Shown piece by piece: positions 56,236 through 64,000 of a stretch of DNA of 64,000 nucleotides. This DNA comes from Marsupella aquatica (lineage: Eukaryota > Plantae > Marchantiophyta). Position 1 is the stretch's first letter. Every line of letters begins with the position of its first letter. The position numbers and the translations under genes were made by a program. Under the pieces are notes generated by a model. The model made no database searches. It was not told where the DNA came from and was given only the letters and a program-made list of their open reading frames with translations. The stretch spans positions 1,479,324 through 1,543,323 of the forward strand of contig OZ316891.1 of NCBI GenBank assembly GCA_973895155.1, given 5' to 3'.

Positions 56236-58961
56236 TCTGCTCCGTATTTCCACACCATCAAATCATCGAAACAGCTGAGGGTTTCGAAACTGAACTTTCC
56301 CCTAAGCCGATTTAGAAACCGAAGACATCTCTGTCGTGCAATCCACAACAAAAACCGAGCTGTCCGGTGCCCTTGTTCCCGTCCCAAATCATATTTTTCA
56401 AAAAACCGGACCACATCGCCATGAATTACCTCAGCGCCGGGCTAAAACCCTGACCTCAATGATAAACCACACCATCCCTGTTTGATTTTCACTTGATTGC
56501 AGTGAGGAACACTTGAACGGACACGCCCCACTGCTCGATCAGAACCTCAGCAGGTTCACAATCCGACTGAAATCCATTCACAACTTCAATTGAATCGGAG
56601 CTTGTTTCTCTAATGGTGCTCAGATTGAAACTGTGGCATGTCAGCCGCTAATCAACCGATCTCGACTCAAACAGCAAATTCCCACCTCCTCCTGCGAAAA
56701 ACTAGTAGGATAATTGTGAACCAGACTCCCGTTTGCAAATCCAGAAGAGCGTAAAATAGACGGTATTGGATCGTACACGAACTCGAAGCAAAATCAACTG
56801 ACAAGACTGATGGAGGCGAAAATGTTGGAGGAAAAGTGTAGATGTCACCCCTGTCTCCGCTATCCTCTACTTCAGAAAGGCAGGTCTACTCTCCCATTTT
56901 CGTGTGAGAACAGAATTTTGGTTCGGGCCCTTTACATCGGTAAACAGGGGATTTCTATATAAGCCAAACCACTTTAATTAGTGTGACTTACCTAGCAACT
57001 CACCAATTGTGTAGGGTAAGTAACCTATAAGAGGGGGTAATGGTGTGTAGGGTAACCTATCCCCAAGAGGGGCTAATGGGCTGTAATCCCCAGGAGCTGA
57101 GCCCTAGGGGTTGCAGTCATTATCTCCAAGTGGGAATGAGTTATTGAGCATTAGACCTGAATGTATTTTGACTTTTACTCAATATTGAGTTCAGTTTTAC
57201 ACAAGGAAAAGTCTGATCCATCATTGCTTGCCATTTGCACTTTACTCTATCCCTCAGACAAATTTCATAATCCCCAGGCTGGCCCAGGGGTTCAGTGGCT
57301 TCACCCAGGGTAATACCTCATAACCTTGTACACACATACAAAGGAAAAAATTCAGGAAGGGTTTACAGAGTTCGAAACCGAACTGGCTTAGGTTAGTTGG
57401 CTAGGGGAGTAGCCTAGAACTAGGTTCAATCCCCCCCTCCACACAGGGGTGTGGGTGGGATGGATTTTGTGGGTAGTGGATGAGAGTTTTTTGTGGGTAG
57501 TGAATGTGAGTTCTGATTATCTACTCTGACCCTGGTTGTCCATTCATATTTCAATACTAGAGAAAATTATCGCTCAGTTGTACCCTGTTGCAGTGCTCCC
57601 GAGTGCCTCACAAGGCAGCCCGTGAGGTGCCACTTCTTTTATATATGAGACGCCGTAGTGATGCGTGGGCGACACTCAGGGAGTGCCAGTGCACACAGTT
57701 TTGAGTTGTGTCCGTCCAAACCTAATGCAGTAGTCTATAAACTAAAGCACCCCTGCCCAGGATTTGACACCCCCCTAGTGCATGTTAAGGCATGTTTTTT
57801 GGAAAGGTTAGATCTGACTAAGGATGGGACAAATACCAAGCTTCCTGGCAAAGAATTTAAGATTATACGCCTGCACACAATATCTGGGAGGTGCACTGAA
57901 TTGAACATGCCATTAATTTGGGTTACTTCAATTGTTACTTTGCTACAATTGAATTTAAAATAGACAAGAACCATCTTCAATAGTAAGGTCTTTTCCCCAG
58001 TTTATTTTTGTCGGGTCTTATCCTCAGTTTCTCTCCTTGATGCCTTGTTTAGATAGCGGGTGTCTATTGCACTACAAAGGGCTTGGACATACCCTGCAGA
58101 GGGCAAAGGATATTATATTGGTTAAGTACTTGCCCTTGTTTTCTCCCATATATTGGGTCTCCTGCCTGTGGGATCTTGTATCTTTATTTGGTGTTTCTTA
58201 TTATTTGGCAGCCTGATATAAATCTAGAGAGTCCTTACGGTAGATAGATGGATACATTAGCGGATACATTAGGGGTAACGTGGCTCCCTAAATAGGTAAA
58301 AATTTGAAAACATTTCCCCTTTTCCCCCACCTGCTCCAATCCTTTCTCATATATTTTTCCTCTGCTTTTTCTTTCCCCAGCCTCCCTTAGCGAGGGAAAT
58401 CCCCCGGGAAATCCTAGTATAGAAGCCAAAAATACTCATCATGGGGGCCCCTTGACAATCATTGAGTACCCACCATTGGCTGTAGCTAGAGTGTCACGAC
58501 CTTGCCCTCTAACTTGGCCCTTGAAGGTTTTGTTAAGTCAGGATCCTCTTGTCAAATCAGTATGAAGTGAATCCAACTCCAACTTTGAATCTCCTTTGCA
58601 GTCACAAACAGATTATTAGTCTGTTTGCCATTGCCGGGAGTGCTCACGACCAGATCTACTCGTGCAAAGTCATGTCAGCTAGGGCTTCTCTACTACATCT
58701 GAGGCCTACCTTCCTGCCTAAGGTCACAAATCTAAACAAAACTAAGTTCAAAGCCATTTGTGTGTGCACTAGTAACAAAGTGCAAACCAGGGATATATCA
58801 TTGCTGGGCCTCGACCCTGAGGCCTTGCACTTAATTAATACAGTTAACTATCTTTCCAAGCAGGCCAGTGCTAAGTCGAGGTTCGGTAGCAATGGCTGGA
58901 ATGGAGGTTACATGAAGGATAAACCATGGCCTGGGAGGCTGGGCTATGGGTGGAGGGGGTT

Positions 58962-59659
58962 TGTTGGAAATGACGTGCCCACATGAAGGGCCTGAAGCTC
59001 AGTGGTAGAGCACAACAATGTACCCAATAGGTCTTAGGGTGGCTTTACAAGAAGTTGGGGGCAGTTTCCACATTTTTTTTGTGTCCAAGATCTGATCAAG
59101 GCCATCCATTTGAGAGAAATTGCTGCTGTTCACTTTACAAAACCTTGGGGGCACTTTCAACCGAACCTTTTACCAATCCTACATGGAATACAGTGGGGCC
59201 CAATTTTTGCTTATGTGGAGCACTCTTTTGTCCTAGATTTTAGACCACCTCTTTTGGTGGTATCTTCTTCTGGCGGCTTGGTCCATTTCTATTTTAAGTC
59301 ATTTGTAATAAAAAGGGACCCACAAGTCCTTCATAAGATATTCTCTTCTCACATTTACAAAGACTTTAGCCAAAGATTACGTGACATTCAGGTGGAGTGG
59401 GTCCTCAATCTGTCTTTTAGTCAATTAATCTGGCACCATTGGCTGCACTTGGCTTTACAAGACCTTGGGGGCAATAAAAGGATTCAAAAAATGCTTTTAG
59501 CCCCGGGACACTATATTTAGTGTGTGCAATGGCCCTCCAGTTTGCTTTGGTAAAAGAAACTCCCAAGTGCCCCCAACGTCTTGTAAATACTCCTTAGTTT
59601 CAATTGATTTTGTAGCTGGTCCATGTTGTTAAAAATTACAACATATATGGTATCAGAGC
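58962..59659 (+). mobile_element. Short LTR (about 122 bp after removing the MITE) with PPT upstream and tRNA-Met PBS downstream; TRIM-like remnant containing a tRNA-like segment
   Basis: GGGTGGAGGGGG purine tract, TGTTG start at 58962, CAACA end at 59643 and TGGTATCAGAGC at 59648-59659. Internal GGGCCTGAAGCTCAGTGGTAGAGCAC. Confidence 0.6.
59037..59593. mobile_element. Tourist/PIF-Harbinger-like MITE
   Basis: TTA TSD at 59034-59036 and 59594-59596. Imperfect TIRs (TTTACAAGA.GTTGGGGGCA / TGCCCCCAAC.TCTTGTAAA), with two internal copies of the TIR motif near 59133 and 59451. Confidence 0.75.
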
Positions 59660-61012
59660 TTAAAGTGACTGTGGCGCAAGGGAGAGAATCAGTTGGAAAT
59701 GAAACAGAGACGGTACAGGGATGAAGGTTTAATTTTCACCAAACTCCACCCTGAGGCCTCTCAACTCTGTGTCATAGATTTGGCTTTAGTCACGGTCACA
59801 CACGTTTCCCCCGAAGAGAAGTGGCGGACTAGCAAACCACTTGTCCTCCCACTTGTGACCGAGGTTCGTAACTCACACTTGCGTACTGCGGGTCTTTCTG
59901 GGGCACTTCAGATATGGGACCCCCTACTGACTGTACGTGGCCAGAGCCACAGCGGCTGTTCTTTCCAAGAGTTCGACAGACTGAGATTGGGATGGTACTG
60001 AGTGACGGCACATTCCATATAGCAGCTGCGCTTCCCTCGATAGCTATCCTGTTTTTCAGGTAACGCGCAAACCTTTCACCTTCTTCGAGGAAAGAATCAG
60101 ACTTGGGCAAACGACAGTCATCATAGTTTGACTTCAAAGTATTTTGCAGACATTAACTCTACTTTGATGCCTACTCCAGATTGGTTCATCGAACCTCAAG
60201 TGTTTAATTCTCATTCTTACAAGTCCATCAATCCCACTTTTCGAAGATACCTCACTTCCAGATTTGGTCATGAAACAGTAGGCAATAGTACGTTTGGTCG
60301 GTGTCGTTTTTGATAGGAACGGATCCATTGATGTCTTTTCTGAAGAAAATGTACAGGTGGAACATGGCTTTGGAAAAGTGTTCCATGTACAGGGTACCAA
60401 CAACAGGAAACCGCAGAATTCCGTTTGAATAGTTCTAGGAAAGTCCAGTACTAAGGTTCTGAACGACAACACCTTGAAGAAAATGGCAATATTAAGCTTT
60501 GAAATATATTACAAACCAAACGAACTTGCGGAGTTATATTTTACAGTACAGAGAAAAGTGCGGTACGTGTAACGTATCAAAACTATAACGAAGCAAACTA
60601 CTTCCCAGTACTAACAATATCTAAGTTTTTGATCTACACAACAGTTTTTGAAGTTAGGAATACAAAAGTTGGAAAGATGTTCCTACCCTCCTTTTGTCCT
60701 TCATGTCCATTTTGCCACAGATATCTGCGCGCTACAATTTTCTGGTCGTCGCCTCAACGGGCGACTCAAAAGACAGTTCTTATCACAGAAGGCATAACAA
60801 TTTCGAAAGGCTGCAATCCGTCTGCTCGCCAGACATGTTGAATTAACATCTGCATCCAGACGGTCGCCTCGACCAACTTGTGCTGTGAGTGTGCGTGGTA
60901 TACGTAATGAGTCAGGGCTGATGGATCAAATCCACTGCAAACTTCTCAGCATCCGCCACCGACACCAACACCGCCACCACCACCATCACCGCCACATCGA
61001 TCCACCGCCACA

Positions 61013-61174
61013 TCAACATGTTCCACCACCTCCACCAGAGGTTGCAGGTGCAGGTGCAGGCGCAGGTGCAGATGCAGGTGCAGCTGCTGCTGCGGCCATC
61101 ATGACCGTTGCGGATCCTGAGGTGCGTTGCGGCCTGCGTTGCGGATCCTCTGGTGTGCCAAAACAGGTCCCCAT
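61013..61174 (-). CDS. Putative 53-aa small protein with N-terminal MGTCFG acylation-type motif, Ala/Pro linker and Gly-Cys end
   Basis: Hand translation MGTCFGTPEDPQRRPQRTSGSATVMMAAAAAAPASAPAPAPAPATSGGGGGTC*. It is below the ORF-track cutoff and lies in a GC-rich patch within AT-rich spacer. Confidence 0.4.
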   Translation of the reverse strand: MGTCFGTPEDPQRRPQRTSGSATVMMAAAAAAPASAPAPAPAPATSGGGGGTC

Positions 61175-63500
61175 CCTATCAATTCCCTTGCACGAGAAAA
61201 GTTGTAGACGGGGTTGTCGACCGTCCTATCTAGAACTTGCAGTTCTTAGGGACGTCGATCTTCCCAAGTCGGACCGAAGCCGAGCTCTGGGATGTTGCTA
61301 GTCCCAGGCTTGGACGTTGCCAGTCTTTCAAATTAAGGTGGCTTCGATGTGAAGGCCCTGAAAGTTGATCTAAATCTTGTCACTTGATACCTCTGTCAGT
61401 TGAATGCCTGGTTCTTCGATGGAATGGTTTCCTTATACGATAACTAAATCCAACCCAATACTTGAAACCTAGGACCTTTGAGTACGTCGATCTGTAGCAC
61501 TATAAATAGCTCTTCAAACCAGCTGCAATAAGAATTGGTCATTCAAATACAGTAAGTGCATGTGGCTAAGATTCTAAGTTGAAGTAATTTCTCATGAGTT
61601 TTACCGGCATCCGGGAAAAAGTGTTGGTTACTTATGTCCAACTTAATTATGAGCACTTTGCAAAAAGGTTTGCTGTAGAGTAAAATGTCATAAATGATGT
61701 GGAATGGAAGAAGTCAATAAAGAGCTTTGTCGTTCAAGCGGGCGTTCAAGTGGAGAGTAGTGTGTTATTTTCTGAGTCGCCAGAGACTCGGAGAGTCTGG
61801 TGAATGACACATGATAGAGTCACTCAACTTTAGCTGCACGGGACTGAACTGGCCCCGACATTTGTCGTCGAAATGCTTCAACAGTACGTGAGCAGCCGCA
61901 GCTTGACGTGAGGATAAGCTTCAAAGAAACGCTTAAAATATGCTGAAGTTTGAAAAGACAAAAACGGTCAATAAAGTTTGTTCAGGGACATTCCAATTTT
62001 TTTTTTCGCTACACATTACTCAAGTAAAGGCCATGGAAACAGCAAACAGAAACGACGAGGCTTTAACCGCCACCGTCCATCTCTAAAGCCTGGATCCAGC
62101 AGGTTTCTAACCATGGGATAGTAAACAAAGTATAGTCGATTCTACTAATGGATGTCCTGGGGACAGGGGCCTGTGATGCGTTTGGGCTTTGACACTTAGC
62201 GCTTTTGTACGGGCGGTTTTTAGCGGACTGTAATGCACCCGGTTGACACAAAGGTTTTCACAACGTGCCTCACATTCAACCAACTATGGACGTCTCAATC
62301 TAAATTCAAACATTTTATCTTCATGATGGGTGGTAACATCAACATAACTTTTGCAAATGTATATCATCTATGCCCACCAGCTCTGTAGTGGGCCTGAATT
62401 TGCGCATGGTTGTATCTCGTCGTAGTGTAGGAGAGATTTACCATCATGATGGAAAGTTACTTTCATCATTTGGAAACTCCGTAGTGATTTGGAAGGGCTT
62501 GTAGAGCAATTTTGGTGAATTCTCAAAAGAAATTGATAAATCACAGACCCATAGCATAGCTCAATGACCAGGGATTGAGAAACTAAATGCCTATCGGTGC
62601 GGCATGCTGACAGGGAAATACCCTGTCCTGGCCTTGAATAGATTCATTGCCTTGCTAGGGGATACAACTCCTTACAGTCGTCCATAAAGTGGCATTCCGT
62701 CTTAAAAATTAGGCGAAACCAACTTTCCCTCGAGTTATCACCATTACAAGACTGCCTATGAACTTTCAAAAAGACATGAATGCGGCTTCCAATCCATCCC
62801 GACTCTGATTTGAGGAAGTTCAGGTAGAGAAACGGCGAAAAAAGTACCCTGAGGGAAATGTTTGGGTGGCCTATCTGATCTATATCTGAGAAATTCAAGC
62901 AATTTCTCAATCAAGTGGTTGAGGACAGTCAGATTTGCCATCACAATCACATGAATAACGATCACATTTGTTCACATAACATCTGCTGGTGAAGCCTGGC
63001 AGGTTTTCATAGAACGGAGAAGTTTGTCAAGTCATTCTTAAGCCAGCAAATCCCCGACACATCCACCAATAGACCCATGAAGTGCAAACTCCTACTGAGA
63101 GAACACCACCTGAAGTCATTTTGAGACACCACCGGGTTCAGAAAGAGAAATATAAGCCTCCATGAATGAGAGGGAACTCTCTACAGCAACCTGATAAATA
63201 GAAGTACAATTCTGGAATTCCGAATCAGTCGACCATCTGGACAATAATAATATTAAACACCTTAGGTCCGGCGACGAGGGGATCTCAAATACATGAACCT
63301 ACTCTTAAACTATCCTCTCTGGCAGTTACTAACCAGTGGGAGAGATCGTCAATGAACAATTTTCTCCAAAAATAAAGATAGTTTCCTCATGGATTGGCTA
63401 CCAGTCTCCCGCTCCACGGTCGGGCTACAACTTGAGCACACGGCCGAGCACACTTCAATGCAAGGAAAGGAATTCCAATTTCCAATTCGGTGACGAAGGT

Positions 63501-64000
63501 CTATGTTGACACTAACCCTGCTGTGAGATTAACAACACGGTAGCATTGTAAACTACAAAGAGGCAAACTGGACTTGGCGTCCCGGTACTTGCGAGGATTG
63601 GTGCAGGATGGAGCTGCACACTGCTGTGGAGGGGGTGGGTACACAGGAGTAGAGAATATCTCTGGAAGTTTGGCATCTTCAGACCAAGAAACTATTGTGC
63701 CTTGAGGTCCCAAGGTCCACCGAACGCTATTTGAGGGAGCCTCCAATGCTGCAGCTTTTTTCTCTTGCTTAATCTCTTCTCTTTGCTTTTGCAAACGTTC
63801 CTCTTTCTTCCTCCTGGTTGAGTCTTGGCCCAATATCTTCTGAATTGCAGTAGCCTGCTGCTCTTTGGCAGCTTTTTCAACCACTTGTTTCCGCCGACTA
63901 GCCGCTTCAGCTTTCTTCGCCTGACGGTCCTCCAGACTCAGCTTTGTAGTACCCCGGCGACTAAAATGGGACAACCCATCCGGAAATTCAATCAGATTCA
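63501..64000 (-). CDS. INO80B: 3' end of INO80 complex subunit B (IES2; PAPA-1 domain plus HIT zinc finger); 5' part lies outside the window
   Basis: KKAEAASRRK..EKAAKEQQATAIQKILGQDS, VRWTLGPQGTIVS and CAAPSCTNPRKYRDAKSSLPLCSLQCY. Confidence 0.9.
   Translation of the reverse strand, partial: NLIEFPDGLSHFSRRGTTKLSLEDRQAKKAEAASRRKQVVEKAAKEQQATAIQKILGQDSTRRKKEERLQKQREEIKQEKKAAALEAPSNSVRWTLGPQGTIVSWSEDAKLPEIFSTPVYPPPPQQCAAPSCTNPRKYRDAKSSLPLCSLQCYRVVNLTAGLVST

Noticed and set aside
57380-58900. Possible SINE head (GGTTCAATCC near 57423) and LINE RT-like FTYLGS motif (58235-58429, minus)
   Set aside because: Single short motifs without supporting domains, tails or TSDs.
58988-59035. Functional tRNA gene
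   Set aside because: Only the 5' half is tRNA-like; the anticodon and T arms are degenerate and interrupted by a MITE.

Overview
This is eukaryotic land-plant genomic DNA with spliceosomal introns, probably from a non-seed plant such as a liverwort (inference from gene style only). Host genes are the 3' end of a ZFC3H1-like gene, HY5 (5 coding exons, minus strand), a full-size ABCB/P-glycoprotein transporter, a FIST + Lon-N domain gene and the 3' end of INO80B/IES2. About 26 kb between HY5 and ABCB (9149-35113) is one nested transposon pile whose boundaries can be read from target-site duplications (TSDs). A 5'-truncated LINE carries a 17.2-kb CACTA element and a Bianca-type LTR element; the latter holds a rearranged Copia whose second LTR holds a MITE. 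The most striking feature is the CACTA element (9971-27142, matched termini, TAC TSD). Upstream of TnpD and TnpA, on the same strand, it carries three compact accessory genes: a Cys/His-rich orphan, a stand-alone EDM2-type PHD-finger cluster and a tandem-BRCT protein resembling the DNA polymerase lambda BRCT. Its TnpA-like gene has a GW/WG-rich (Argonaute-hook-like) segment. This is a candidate transposon-encoded anti-silencing/repair-recruitment system; this copy is decayed by a frameshift and nonsense changes. All homology calls are by eye from remembered family motifs, and no database search was run.
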